A DNA stretch of 64,000 nucleotides from an uncultured Bacteriovoracaceae bacterium (GCA_964563795.1 CAZLYB010000005.1:2031-66030), one strand, 5' to 3'; positions 54,355 through 63,662 are shown, counted from the first letter of the stretch. Numbers and translations: made by a program. The notes: generated from the sequence alone by a model not told the origin.

Positions 54355-54780
54355 ATGTCGCTCAAGCGGTTCGCAGCTCACTACGCAAGAAAGATGGGGC
54401 TTTCGCAGAAAAGCGAATCCTACGTCAAAGCTCAACCCACGGCGGTTGACGGCTACAATTTTCCGTCGAAGTTTCACGCCGCGGTTTACTGCGAACTCAA
54501 GCTCTGGTGCCTCACGGACGAGTATGAAAATCTCCGCATTGAGCAGCGCCTTCACGTTTGCGGAAACCTCTACTGGAAATCTGACTTCGTGATTTTCAAT
54601 AAGTCGCGAGAGACCGATGAAGCGCACGAGGCTAAGGGTTTTGAGAACATGCGCTTTCGCACCATTTGTCAGGCGTGGAAGGGTGTCGGGCCGATGGACC
54701 TCTTCATTTGGAAAGGCGATCACCGCCGTCCGTCGATCGCAAAAATTATCAGGGGGAAACCTTATGCCGTTCAAGAGTGA
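54355..54780 (+). CDS. DUF1064-like PD-(D/E)xK nuclease
   Basis: 141 aa. The layout VDGYNFPSKFHAAVYCELKL...LRIEQRLHV....YWKSDFVIF......EAKGFEN matches F-x-S-K-x-E...Q...DF...E-x-KG of DUF1064 phage nucleases. Confidence 0.5.
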   Translation: MSLKRFAAHYARKMGLSQKSESYVKAQPTAVDGYNFPSKFHAAVYCELKLWCLTDEYENLRIEQRLHVCGNLYWKSDFVIFNKSRETDEAHEAKGFENMRFRTICQAWKGVGPMDLFIWKGDHRRPSIAKIIRGKPYAVQE

Positions 54781-54952
54781 AGCGCAAAGACGCAAGTTCG
54801 CCGAACTCGTCGCCCAAGGAAAGATGAGCCAAGAGACTTTCGACGAATGGAATCGCCACACACCGAAGGGACGACTGCCCGAGCGGATTCGCCCCAAGAA
54901 ACAAAATTTTTCTCAGCCAAACCCACAAAGGAAACCACATGGAAAAAAGTAA
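54764..54952 (+). CDS. Small basic phage protein (MPFKSEAQRRKF... type)
   Basis: 62 aa with RBS AGGGGGA upstream. It overlaps the previous gene by 17 nt. The N-terminal M-P-x-K-S-x-A-Q motif is common in small phage proteins. Confidence 0.45.
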   Translation: MPFKSEAQRRKFAELVAQGKMSQETFDEWNRHTPKGRLPERIRPKKQNFSQPNPQRKPHGKK

Positions 54953-55406
54953 ACCTGTTGGCATCGAACTCAAATATTCGGATCTCTCGAACTTTCACAT
55001 CGACTCAACGCTCGCTCGAATGGCCGAGGTCGTGACTGATGGGCACTCGGCCTACAAGATTAAGAAAATGTGCCGTGCCGTGAACGATGCCAAGAAAAAG
55101 ATCGCAGGCGAATATGATGAAGAAATAGTGAAGAAATTTTCAAAGAAAGATGAATCTGGTAACGTCGTGCGCGTTCAGCCCGACAAAGACCCTCTTGGCT
55201 TTGTTCCGGACGACGACCAGAAGGAAGGGCTCAAAGACGCCTTCAAAGCCTTTGGTGAGAAAACAATTTTGATTGATCGTCCGCCGCTCACGCTTCACGA
55301 CCTGCGCGACATGCCGATGTCGGCGCTCGATCAAGATAGTCTAAAGAATCTGATCGACGATTCCGAGGCAGAGCGCAATCATCCGATGCTTGCCCGCGTG
55401 AAGTGA
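54939..55406 (+). CDS. Phage hypothetical protein
   Basis: 155-aa charged ORF. Confidence 0.45.
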   Translation: MEKSKPVGIELKYSDLSNFHIDSTLARMAEVVTDGHSAYKIKKMCRAVNDAKKKIAGEYDEEIVKKFSKKDESGNVVRVQPDKDPLGFVPDDDQKEGLKDAFKAFGEKTILIDRPPLTLHDLRDMPMSALDQDSLKNLIDDSEAERNHPMLARVK

Positions 55407-55418
55407 GGAAAAACTAAC

Positions 55419-55610
55419 GTGGCCTGCTTATATAAATGCGATGGATGCGGTAAAGAACAGAAGGCAAACGAAGCCGATCATCGGTATTTTAAGCCTTCTC
55501 AGTGGTTTCAACGATCGGATCAAGACGGCATTCAAGATGCCTGTTCTCGTGAGTGCATCGAAGAAGTCGGAAAGAAAACGGGTAAAACAAAAGTTGTGAT
55601 TCCGATTTGA
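55419..55610 (+). CDS. Cys-rich miniprotein
   Basis: 63 aa with a GTG start. It has CLYKCDGC...CSREC. Confidence 0.35.
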   Translation: MACLYKCDGCGKEQKANEADHRYFKPSQWFQRSDQDGIQDACSRECIEEVGKKTGKTKVVIPI

Positions 55611-55711
55611 ACAAGCCCCCGCAATGCGCCTTCAGGCCGCAAAGGCCACGCATATTTCAGTCGTGTGATCCCGAGCGATGCGGAAATCGGGATAATATTT
55701 TTGAGGTTACT

Positions 55712-55885
55712 ATGGATGATTTTGAAAGAGCAGTCGATCATTTGCTTTACGTTTTTATGCAAGCAACTTGGAATCGACGGAAGCAAAAATACGATCACAA
55801 AAAAAATATCACCTACGCGCATGCGCAGGCGTTTCTCATTGAGATGGGAAAAATAAAACCAGAAGAATGCGCATATAAATGCTAA
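55712..55885 (+). CDS. Small hypothetical protein
   Basis: 57 aa from MDDFERAVDHLLYV, with GAGG upstream. The track ORF starts at 55607 with a non-ATG codon. Confidence 0.3.
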   Translation: MDDFERAVDHLLYVFMQATWNRRKQKYDHKKNITYAHAQAFLIEMGKIKPEECAYKC

Positions 55886-56268
55886 TTGCGTGAAAGCGCC
55901 TCGCCTTGAAGTGACCAGGGGTTGAGTCCGCGCGGCACCGGCCCGTCGGCCTGATTGGAGTTGGATTGGCTCGTTTGCGCGGGCGCAGAGCCGTAGCCTG
56001 CTTGAGTGCCGAGTCCGCCGGCGTTTGGAAAACTCGGATAGGCATTTGCGTTGATTGCTTGCTGATAGGCTTGCATCTGGCCTTGGAGCTGTTGCTGCAT
56101 CCCTGGGATCATGGAGCTTGCCGCGTTTTGAGCGGTGTTCGCGTTGCCTTGCTGGGTCTGCACAAAGGAACTCCACGGGTTCGTCCCGTAGTCAGGCGTT
56201 GGAAGAAAATTTAGGTATCCGTTTGGATCGTAGGATACGTCACCGTACCCCGATTCGTAACCAGCCAT
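55882..56268 (-). CDS. Gln/Asn/Gly-rich phage protein with NPWS motifs
   Basis: 128 aa of low-complexity Q/N/G/A sequence with DYGTNPWSSF and RGLNPWSLQG. Confidence 0.45.
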   Translation of the reverse strand: MAGYESGYGDVSYDPNGYLNFLPTPDYGTNPWSSFVQTQQGNANTAQNAASSMIPGMQQQLQGQMQAYQQAINANAYPSFPNAGGLGTQAGYGSAPAQTSQSNSNQADGPVPRGLNPWSLQGEALSRN

Positions 56269-56271
56269 AAC

Positions 56272-56505
56272 TTATTCTCCCATGTCGCCGAGATCGTCTT
56301 TCGGGCCGTACTTCGTGTTGTAGTGCTCGACCAAATCTTTGATTGAAGAAATGGCTTTGTGCTTTCGGCCCGCGCGTTTTCCTATTTTTTTCATTCGATC
56401 TTTGTCCTGCTTGATCTCCTCGGCTCGCATAAGCGTATCCATGTCGGAGTCCGCTTGCCATTCGTCTTCAGAATCTTTGGGTGATTTCACTGCTTGCGCT
56501 TTCAT
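56272..56505 (-). CDS. Small charged phage protein
   Basis: 77 aa from MKAQAVKSPKD. The ATG overlaps the upstream stop (ATGA). The track ORF extends to 56541. Confidence 0.4.
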   Translation of the reverse strand: MKAQAVKSPKDSEDEWQADSDMDTLMRAEEIKQDKDRMKKIGKRAGRKHKAISSIKDLVEHYNTKYGPKDDLGDMGE

Positions 56506-58019
56506 TGTTCCTTCTCCTTTTCTCGCACGATGTTTGACCACGTATTTCTGGCCGCAGAATCGAGCACGCCGCGCGAGCCGCGACCGATCGTATCTGCCAT
56601 TTTTCCTCTGAGCGTGCGCCCACTCGTCGAAGTGAGTCCGGTGACTCCTTTCTTGAGGAGAAGCGCCCCGAGCGCTCCTTCGCCGGGCTGTTGCCCAGAT
56701 AAAGCAGCGCCGCCGGCACCGGCTCCGAGAAGCATCAAATCAACCGCAGTGAGATCAAGCGGGCCGCGGCGCTCGGCCACGCGATTCGCAATTTGCGTTA
56801 CCTTGTCCGTCACTAGCGGACTCGTCGATCCATAGAGCACATTCGCATCGAGAAGTTCTTTGTGGAGTTTTGGGTCCACTTTTTTCACGGCCTCTTCAAC
56901 GCCTTGAGCGAGATCACCAGAAATTGCTTTCTTCGCTTTCGTCGAGAGAGAGGCTTCGGTGCCCTGTGCATAACCCGAATCCTTGATGAGCTGATTGACG
57001 AAGCTCTTGAGTTCGGTCGCTTCTTTGGCCGACATTTCTCCGCCTGTTTTCTGCCAGGCATAGAGGATTCGGTCGTCGATTTCTTTGGCGAGGTCGGCTG
57101 CCTCGGGCGTAGCTTTCTTGCGAAGCTCAGAGGCAAAGTCCATTGCGGGCTGCATGGCGTCCATCAGGGGAACAGTCGCGCCTTTCTGAGAGGCTTCATC
57201 TAAAATCGAGCCGATCCGTTCGCCTGCCTGTTTATTGACCTCGGCCAGCTTTTCGGCAGCCTCGGTCATGTTCCCGGAGAACTTCGCATCTTGAAGAATT
57301 TTTGAAGGTGACAGGGCCTTGCCCTCTTGCTTGGCGAAGCGATCGACTTCCTCGAACGCCTTTCGGTAAAGTCCTCGTGACCTGGCGCGTTGTAGTCCTT
57401 CGATGGGGTTCAAGACAGCGTTTGCGACTCGGCCCGCTTTATTCAGTCCAGCCTCATTGGCTAGGCCCACGCCGCGAGCAAGCGCCGGCAATGCGCCCTT
57501 GGCGGCTCCCTCTTTGGCGACAGCGCTCAAGCCCCCTGAAAGGTAGGTCAGAGGGTCTGTGCCCACGGTTAAAGCAAAATCAGCCACGTCGCCAGGCGAG
57601 AGGTCATACCAATGGCCCTTGGCTCCTGGGAGGTAGTCGGACACCGATGGGCCGCGGGGGATTTGAAGGCCCGCCCGCTTCAAAAGCTCGCCGGGCTCCG
57701 GATAGCTCGCGCTCATCGAAAGAGCGTCTTGACGCTCCTTATCATTATATACGTCTTTCCCTGTCAGCTTCTCAAGGCCGTAGGCAAGCGCCGGCCCTGT
57801 CGTCGCACCTCGCACGTAATCGAGCGCCTGTCCCGCTTTCTGCAAATATTTGGGGATCGACTCTCGGAGTCGCGTGGTCATGGGACGTTCAGAATCGAGC
57901 TTCGCAAGCTCGGCTTGCTCGGCAGCGCTGAGTCCGGCAGAGGCAGGCTGGGCGGCTGCACCTTTGGATTCACCTTCGAGCTGGGCGAGTTCGGCTTGTT
58001 CTTCTGGAGTGAGCGCCAT
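56502..58019 (-). CDS. Large Ala/Glu/Lys-rich virion-internal-like protein
   Basis: 505 aa, predicted helical and Ala-rich, with a Gly/Ala hydrophobic patch near the C-terminus (LMLLGAGAGGAALSG). Confidence 0.45.
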   Translation of the reverse strand: MALTPEEQAELAQLEGESKGAAAQPASAGLSAAEQAELAKLDSERPMTTRLRESIPKYLQKAGQALDYVRGATTGPALAYGLEKLTGKDVYNDKERQDALSMSASYPEPGELLKRAGLQIPRGPSVSDYLPGAKGHWYDLSPGDVADFALTVGTDPLTYLSGGLSAVAKEGAAKGALPALARGVGLANEAGLNKAGRVANAVLNPIEGLQRARSRGLYRKAFEEVDRFAKQEGKALSPSKILQDAKFSGNMTEAAEKLAEVNKQAGERIGSILDEASQKGATVPLMDAMQPAMDFASELRKKATPEAADLAKEIDDRILYAWQKTGGEMSAKEATELKSFVNQLIKDSGYAQGTEASLSTKAKKAISGDLAQGVEEAVKKVDPKLHKELLDANVLYGSTSPLVTDKVTQIANRVAERRGPLDLTAVDLMLLGAGAGGAALSGQQPGEGALGALLLKKGVTGLTSTSGRTLRGKMADTIGRGSRGVLDSAARNTWSNIVREKEKEQ

Positions 58020-59443
58020 TATTTACCTCCCGCCTTTTTCTTCAAATAGTCTCGTCGCGCGTCCTTCATCGCTTGAGTCGCATCCGCCGGAAGCGCAGTC
58101 GAGCCGTCGTAGGCTTTCGTTTGAGTGGGCTTCACGTTCACGCCGGCATCCACGCCGGGTAGAGCTTTTTTGAAACGGCTTTCTCCGAGACCGATCGAGC
58201 CATACGCTTCGGCACCTTGCTTGGCGTGAACATCACGGTAAGCGTTGATCGCTTCTTTGGCTGCGCCTTTATACTGATTCACGAGTCCCAAAATTTCTGT
58301 CTTCGTTTCGGGAGTGAGTTCGCCAGTGGTGAGCGTTTCCAGATTTTGCGTCAATCGGCTCAAGACATCCTGCGGAGCTGCCGTGCCGGCCTGCTCGTAG
58401 TAGCTCAAGTTTCCGACTTCGCCGCGGGCTCTTGCGAGAATCGTCTCGACGGTCTTTTTCGTGAGCTTGCTCCCCGGACCAGCGTTCCCGATCAGGCTTT
58501 CCACTTCCTTCGAGAAGTTCAGAGATTTGCTGAAAGGCTCGATCGACTTGTTGAATTTTCCCTGCACGTCTCGAATCGCACGCGCATCAAGAGGCATGAC
58601 AGGTCTCCCGCCAGCTTTCATCGAAGGATCTTGCGCTTCGGCGGCCCGCTTATTGATGAAATCCTGATAGAGCATTTCTTGCATCGTACCGGCCTTCTGT
58701 TTTCCGATGGCGTCGATGATTGTTTTCGCAAGGTCTTTGCGATCATCCTGAATTTTGAGCATATAATCAGCCAAGCGTTTCTGCCGGTCTTGCGGTGGCG
58801 CGTATCCGGCGAGAAGGCGCGAGCCTGTAAGTGAATCGGTCAATGCTGCCAGCGGCGCGAGATTGAGCTGCGCGGGAGCTTGGGCCTCCATCGTAAGAAG
58901 ATCGCGAATATCATTGATGCCTTTCATCTGCTCCTGAATCGCGGGGGTTTGCATCGCCGACTCATAGGAGGATTGCCATTCGTCGGGGCTCATCGTGAGC
59001 ATGCGCTGCACGTTGGTTCGACCGCCGGCTTTTCCGGTAGTCGTATCGCTTTCCTGTAAGCCGGAGCCTTTCGGAACAGATTTGACCGAAGGCTCGGGCA
59101 AATTGGGAATTTGAATTTTACTGAACACGCCAGGTGTTGCGCTCGGAACCGAAGGGCTACCTACGGCCTGGCCTTGCGCTTCGGCCCGGCGCTGATTCAT
59201 GAGCGCAGTCGCCTCGTCAGAATTCATCGCCAGCATTTGCGCTTTTGGGTCTACTTGCAGGCGTTTTAAAATCGGGCTTACGTCACGGCTGATATTCCGA
59301 ATCTCCTGCATGGCATCTTCAGGAGAAACAATTCCCATCGCCAACGCCTGTTGGCCCATCGAAGCGATTTTCTTCGTATCCTCGGCGGGATTTTGCATCA
59401 TATTGAGCAAATCCCACGTGTTTGCTTTTCTCCCCGTTGGCAT
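58019..59443 (-). CDS. Large virion-internal-like protein
   Basis: 474 aa, helical and Met/Gln/Ala-rich. Its stop overlaps the downstream ATG by 1 nt. Confidence 0.45.
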   Translation of the reverse strand: MPTGRKANTWDLLNMMQNPAEDTKKIASMGQQALAMGIVSPEDAMQEIRNISRDVSPILKRLQVDPKAQMLAMNSDEATALMNQRRAEAQGQAVGSPSVPSATPGVFSKIQIPNLPEPSVKSVPKGSGLQESDTTTGKAGGRTNVQRMLTMSPDEWQSSYESAMQTPAIQEQMKGINDIRDLLTMEAQAPAQLNLAPLAALTDSLTGSRLLAGYAPPQDRQKRLADYMLKIQDDRKDLAKTIIDAIGKQKAGTMQEMLYQDFINKRAAEAQDPSMKAGGRPVMPLDARAIRDVQGKFNKSIEPFSKSLNFSKEVESLIGNAGPGSKLTKKTVETILARARGEVGNLSYYEQAGTAAPQDVLSRLTQNLETLTTGELTPETKTEILGLVNQYKGAAKEAINAYRDVHAKQGAEAYGSIGLGESRFKKALPGVDAGVNVKPTQTKAYDGSTALPADATQAMKDARRDYLKKKAGGK

Positions 59444-59455
59444 ATCTTCGCCTCC

Positions 59456-59866
59456 TTAGTAGCTATAACCGCCCATGCTCCACGGATTCCGTGAGTACAA
59501 CTCAGGAGCGAGCGAATACCTGGGTGCCGCCATCATTGGACTTTGCTGGGGTGCGGTTACGACCTGAACACTTGTCGGAGTGGAATACTGCTTGTCCATG
59601 TTTTGCAGTAGTTTCTCGTTAAAGTTTTTGTTGAAGTCGCGGGATTCGATCGACTGTCCTAGCATTGCGCCCGTGCTCCCAAATTGCATTGCCGACCCCA
59701 GCGGGTCAGCTTCTTGAATTTGGGTACTCGGTGTTAAGCCGGTCCAAGGCGAATAGCGAATCTCCGCTGCTCGCAGTTTGCGTTGTCTATCTTCCTTTGG
59801 CCGATCAACCAGCTCTGATTTCAGAAGCCCGACGCCGGCACCAATGGCAAGTGCGATTATTGGCAT
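59456..59866 (-). CDS. Small membrane-anchored phage protein with C-terminal NPWS motif
   Basis: 136 aa with an N-terminal TM (MPIIALAIGAGVGLL) and a C-terminal ...LYSRNPWSMGGYSY. Confidence 0.45.
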   Translation of the reverse strand: MPIIALAIGAGVGLLKSELVDRPKEDRQRKLRAAEIRYSPWTGLTPSTQIQEADPLGSAMQFGSTGAMLGQSIESRDFNKNFNEKLLQNMDKQYSTPTSVQVVTAPQQSPMMAAPRYSLAPELYSRNPWSMGGYSY

Positions 59867-60264
59867 AGTACCCTCCCAAAGTTAGCCACACCGTCGTCTG
59901 TTTTGGTGAGGCCATGTCGTTCAAATCGCTCCATGAGCCTTGGAAGGTTCGTAGAGCAACAAATCATTTCAAAACCCTGCTTACGCCCTTCTTGCGTGAG
60001 GCTTTCAATCAGAGCATCCAGTCCCGCATTCCGGATCGCGCCTGGTGCATGGGGGTTGGAGACGAGATGCCCAATAATTGCGGCACCAGCGTCGGAGCGA
60101 AAAAGAAATCCGCCGCAAATCGGTTTTTCGCCAGAGAGCACGAGCTTTCCGATCGGCGGAAGAAATCGGGGGTTGGGAGGCGGAAAATCTCTTTTCTCCC
60201 ACCACGATTTGAGTATTGGAAAGTCGAGTTCCAAGCGAATTGGAATCACTCTAAGCTCATGCAT
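59857..60264 (-). CDS. GNAT-fold-like protein (phage-encoded)
   Basis: 135 aa from MHELRVIP. The tail NAGLDALIESLTQEGRKQGFEMICCSTNLPRLMERFERHGL resembles GNAT motif A/B topology. Confidence 0.4.
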   Translation of the reverse strand: MHELRVIPIRLELDFPILKSWWEKRDFPPPNPRFLPPIGKLVLSGEKPICGGFLFRSDAGAAIIGHLVSNPHAPGAIRNAGLDALIESLTQEGRKQGFEMICCSTNLPRLMERFERHGLTKTDDGVANFGRVLCQ

Positions 60265-60679
60265 CGGAAAACTCCAAAAGGTGCTCAAGTAGGATGGAGC
60301 CCTGGAAGTTTCGCACCCCAATGATGCGGAATCCGACTTTCATCGCCATCTTGAGCATGACGGTATTTTTATTTTCGATAAGAGTTGTGATCCGTTTGTA
60401 GCGGGGTTTGCACCACTCCACGAAGGCTTGGTAGCCTATCCATGACAAGGATGTTGATTGGGTGCCAGGGAAGGCACCGCCAAATTGCCAATAGATAGTC
60501 TCATGATCGAACTCGCGGCAGGTCACGTATCCCATGAGTTCCTTTTCCGTTCGGACAAGCAGAGCAAAGTCGATCCGGTCCCAATGTGCGGGCTTTTTCT
60601 TCCCAAAGGCAATCAAGTGAGCGTTTTCGCTCATCGGCTCCCAATCCTTGACTGAGATTTTTTCAACAATGGGAATCAT
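60257..60679 (-). CDS. GNAT-fold-like protein (phage-encoded)
   Basis: 140 aa from MIPIVEKISV. The tail TLIENKNTVMLKMAMKVGFRIIG resembles the GNAT C-terminal N-x-x-A-x-x-x-Y-x-K-x-GF block. Confidence 0.4.
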   Translation of the reverse strand: MIPIVEKISVKDWEPMSENAHLIAFGKKKPAHWDRIDFALLVRTEKELMGYVTCREFDHETIYWQFGGAFPGTQSTSLSWIGYQAFVEWCKPRYKRITTLIENKNTVMLKMAMKVGFRIIGVRNFQGSILLEHLLEFSDA

Positions 60680-61446
60680 TTTTTCCCCGCATTCTCTGTG
60701 GCCTGCGCTTGGCGATTGGACGCCCAGGCTTGCATTTGTTGTTGATAGAGCATTTGGTTCCACTGGTTTCTCCGCTCGTTCTCAGCCTGAGTTCTTTGGA
60801 GATCAGACTGCCGCGCATTTTCCCAAAGATTTTCCTTTTGAAGTTGGGCTTGCAGGTTTGAGTTTTCCATTCCTGGAAGCATGCCGAGCTGAGAGATTCG
60901 ATTTTGCTCGTCGTTAATCCCAATTTGCATGCGGTTGAGTCCGCCCTGCCTGCCAACATCCTGAGACATAGCAAGGAGATTTCTTGCGCCGCCAGCGGTG
61001 AGTCGTTCTCGTGCTCCGCCTGAAAGTCCACCTCGCATCGCAAGATCGGCTTCGGCTTGCGCTTGGGAAGACCTGGCTTCCTGTTTGGCTCGATCTCTGG
61101 CGTCGGCTTCTTCGGCAAATTGTTTTCTCGTCGATAGCTTGGCCCAGCTTGAAGGGCCGCGTCTCAGCGCTTCGTTTCGGAACGCTTCAAGTCCGCGGGT
61201 ATCTAGCGCCAATGCATCGAGGCGCTTTTGGACTTCAGGAGCAAAGGCCATCGAAAGCGGATCATAGACTTGCTGATAACCGGGCTGTGTCGGCTGCGCT
61301 TCATACTGTGGCGTGACTTTTTCTCCCCATCCTGTGAAGTTAAATGGGTCGAACATCGCGCCCACTTTTGATTTTCCACCGCGACTCCAATCAAAGGGGT
61401 TGGCACCGTAAACGATGTTATCCGCAGTGCTATACTGGTTTTTCAT
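60676..61446 (-). CDS. Gln/Arg-rich coiled-coil phage protein
   Basis: 256 aa with an N-terminal GANPFDWSRGG and a long Q/R/E/A-rich helical region. Confidence 0.45.
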   Translation of the reverse strand: MKNQYSTADNIVYGANPFDWSRGGKSKVGAMFDPFNFTGWGEKVTPQYEAQPTQPGYQQVYDPLSMAFAPEVQKRLDALALDTRGLEAFRNEALRRGPSSWAKLSTRKQFAEEADARDRAKQEARSSQAQAEADLAMRGGLSGGARERLTAGGARNLLAMSQDVGRQGGLNRMQIGINDEQNRISQLGMLPGMENSNLQAQLQKENLWENARQSDLQRTQAENERRNQWNQMLYQQQMQAWASNRQAQATENAGKK

Positions 61447-61457
61447 CTTTGCCTCCC

Positions 61458-62501
61458 TTAGCTCATCTCATCGTAATGGCTTAAATCTGGTTCAACCTCG
61501 TCATCGTTGTCCGGTTCCATATTGGTGAGCGTGTCGATCATTTGCTCGCGCTGTTGCTTGAGTTGAACGACCGCTTTTGTGAACCTGGGATCGCCCACGT
61601 CTTTGTCGAGGATCTGAACCTTGACGTACTGTTGGAGGAAGGCGGCGAACTCAGGGATGTCGATGATTGTTGCGTCGATGATCGCTGTTGTGGCCGCCAC
61701 CCGCAGAGTGTGAAAGCCCGTGCCCGGCGTGGTGAGGTCAATTGAAGTGCCGGCTTTTGCGTTGGCCAACGAGGAAGCCAGCTTTATTTGATTATCTGAC
61801 ACTCTGATCGCGTAGTAAACGATGTTTTCGACAAGTGGAGCTGGGAGGCCCCCACTATTGGCTTTTAGCTTCACCTGATCTCCGGTCACGTAAGGCACCA
61901 GTGGTGCGAGCGAAAGGATGTCGGTGCCCGTATTCACGGCAGCCGGAAGAAGGTTTTCCGGATTCGTGTATTCCCCTGGCAAGGGAATCCGATTGGCCTG
62001 GCGGATGTACCAGCGCTGCATGGGGGTAAACGGCGAAGAAAGCGGCGGGAGCACCGCAGTTTCGCGCGATGGCGGGTAAATTACAAAGCGCCTTTGTCCT
62101 GGCGCATCATTAGTCAGGTTGTGACGATACCATTCGTTTTGCCCGAACTGATTGGAGACGGCGATCAGCTCGAACTTGTTTCGCATCCGGAATTTTTTGA
62201 CCGGATAAATGATCGAGCCGTTTGCGTAGACCACACCGCGCAGCTTATTTGCGAAAATGTTCTTGGGCATCGGGTACTCCGAGACGCCCACTTGCAGCGG
62301 CACGTAGTCGGAAGTTAAAAAGTAATCCTCGTGGAGATTCGTGATCTCCGCTTCAGCGTCGTCGATGCCGTCGTTGAAATACCCAATCAACTCTTCGTAG
62401 GTGACGAATTTTTCTTCCGGGTCTTCCTCGTTTAAAACGAGATCGAGTTTCACCTTGTCTGCATGGTCCTTGAAGGTCCAAAGTTTTTGTTCATCGCTCA
62501 T
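61458..62501 (-). CDS. Phage structural-like protein
   Basis: 347-aa ORF in the virion-like module. I cannot assign a family. Confidence 0.45.
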   Translation of the reverse strand: MSDEQKLWTFKDHADKVKLDLVLNEEDPEEKFVTYEELIGYFNDGIDDAEAEITNLHEDYFLTSDYVPLQVGVSEYPMPKNIFANKLRGVVYANGSIIYPVKKFRMRNKFELIAVSNQFGQNEWYRHNLTNDAPGQRRFVIYPPSRETAVLPPLSSPFTPMQRWYIRQANRIPLPGEYTNPENLLPAAVNTGTDILSLAPLVPYVTGDQVKLKANSGGLPAPLVENIVYYAIRVSDNQIKLASSLANAKAGTSIDLTTPGTGFHTLRVAATTAIIDATIIDIPEFAAFLQQYVKVQILDKDVGDPRFTKAVVQLKQQREQMIDTLTNMEPDNDDEVEPDLSHYDEMS

Positions 62502-62504
62502 AGC

Positions 62505-63662
62505 TCACCCCCGCCAGCCTTGTACGGCCATTGAAATTTCGAGAAACATATCGCCGCTCGTGACAGCAACGCTGCTCCCGTTGAGCTTCGTAAAGGCATT
62601 GCTCGCGCCGGCGTTTGCAAAAAAGAGCCTGTCCGTGCTCGTGTTGTCGTAGAAAAGAACGTAGGTGTTGTTGCCCGACCAAAAGGCAGCCGATCCGCCA
62701 TTGGTGACGTGAAAGGCAAGCCCCAGGTTGTAGCCTCGGGCGTTGATTGAGACTTTAGTCGTGTCCACACGGATATTGTTCGGAAAGCGCACATCGGCGA
62801 TAGCAGCCGCGGTCGTGCCCGCTCGAAAGGTCCACTTGAAAATGATTCGATCGCCGTCTCTTCGCCACTGGTAGTGCGTAAGCGTTTGCGTTCCAAAGTT
62901 CGTGATGGCCGATGGATTTGCGTAGGTTGTCGATCGCCATTCCTTCGGGTAATCGCGAATGAGCGTGCGCCAATTTGCGCCGTCGGATTGAAGCGTGATC
63001 CGCTCCCGATACGTGCAAAGAGTCGTGCTGGCTTGGCCGTCGATCGTCTGCGTGGTCTTAAACGGAAGGACTTGGTGTTGGATAAAATTGTCGTCGTTCT
63101 TCTGAAACTGAACGCTTCTCCCTTTGGAAAGCGTTGCATCCGGAAGTGTGACCGCAGTTGAGTCGGAGTCGTTGGGTGTGCCGATTAAAATGAGATCGTC
63201 GGAATCTTGAACGGCGTAGGCTCGAATAACGGACGTGATGTTTCCGTTCTTTCCTGGGATCGTCGGAATCTTTGCAAAAAAATCTTCAGTGTCCGCTTCG
63301 CTTGGATTGATTTGGCTTGCGTCGCGGAAATAGGTTCCAACAAAGCAGCGCACGCGCACGGAGTTCGTCGTCGAGACGTTGATAAACTCGTCGTCAAAAA
63401 GATCGTGATTAAAAGTGCAGACGCCGGGGCCAGTGACTTTGGAACGAATGATGTCCTTCGGAGCGAAGCCAAGACCGTGCGGGACTCTTTGCTCGCTCAC
63501 GGCTCCGTCGAAGGTGAATTCCAAAAACTTGAAATTGAGGAGCTGATTCTGCTCCAAAAAATAGCGAGCTAGAGCGTTGAAGTTTTCCCGGATATAAACG
63601 TCCGTGATTTCTTTCACCGCAAGCGGCGGATTGGAGCGGTTGCCCTTGGATTGATTTATCAT
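62505..63662 (-). CDS. Phage structural-like protein (possible fibre or receptor-binding component)
   Basis: 385 aa. The N-terminal block VPHGLGFAPKDII is a pattern I associate with phage appendage proteins. The C-terminal half is beta-rich. Confidence 0.4.
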   Translation of the reverse strand: MINQSKGNRSNPPLAVKEITDVYIRENFNALARYFLEQNQLLNFKFLEFTFDGAVSEQRVPHGLGFAPKDIIRSKVTGPGVCTFNHDLFDDEFINVSTTNSVRVRCFVGTYFRDASQINPSEADTEDFFAKIPTIPGKNGNITSVIRAYAVQDSDDLILIGTPNDSDSTAVTLPDATLSKGRSVQFQKNDDNFIQHQVLPFKTTQTIDGQASTTLCTYRERITLQSDGANWRTLIRDYPKEWRSTTYANPSAITNFGTQTLTHYQWRRDGDRIIFKWTFRAGTTAAAIADVRFPNNIRVDTTKVSINARGYNLGLAFHVTNGGSAAFWSGNNTYVLFYDNTSTDRLFFANAGASNAFTKLNGSSVAVTSGDMFLEISMAVQGWRG

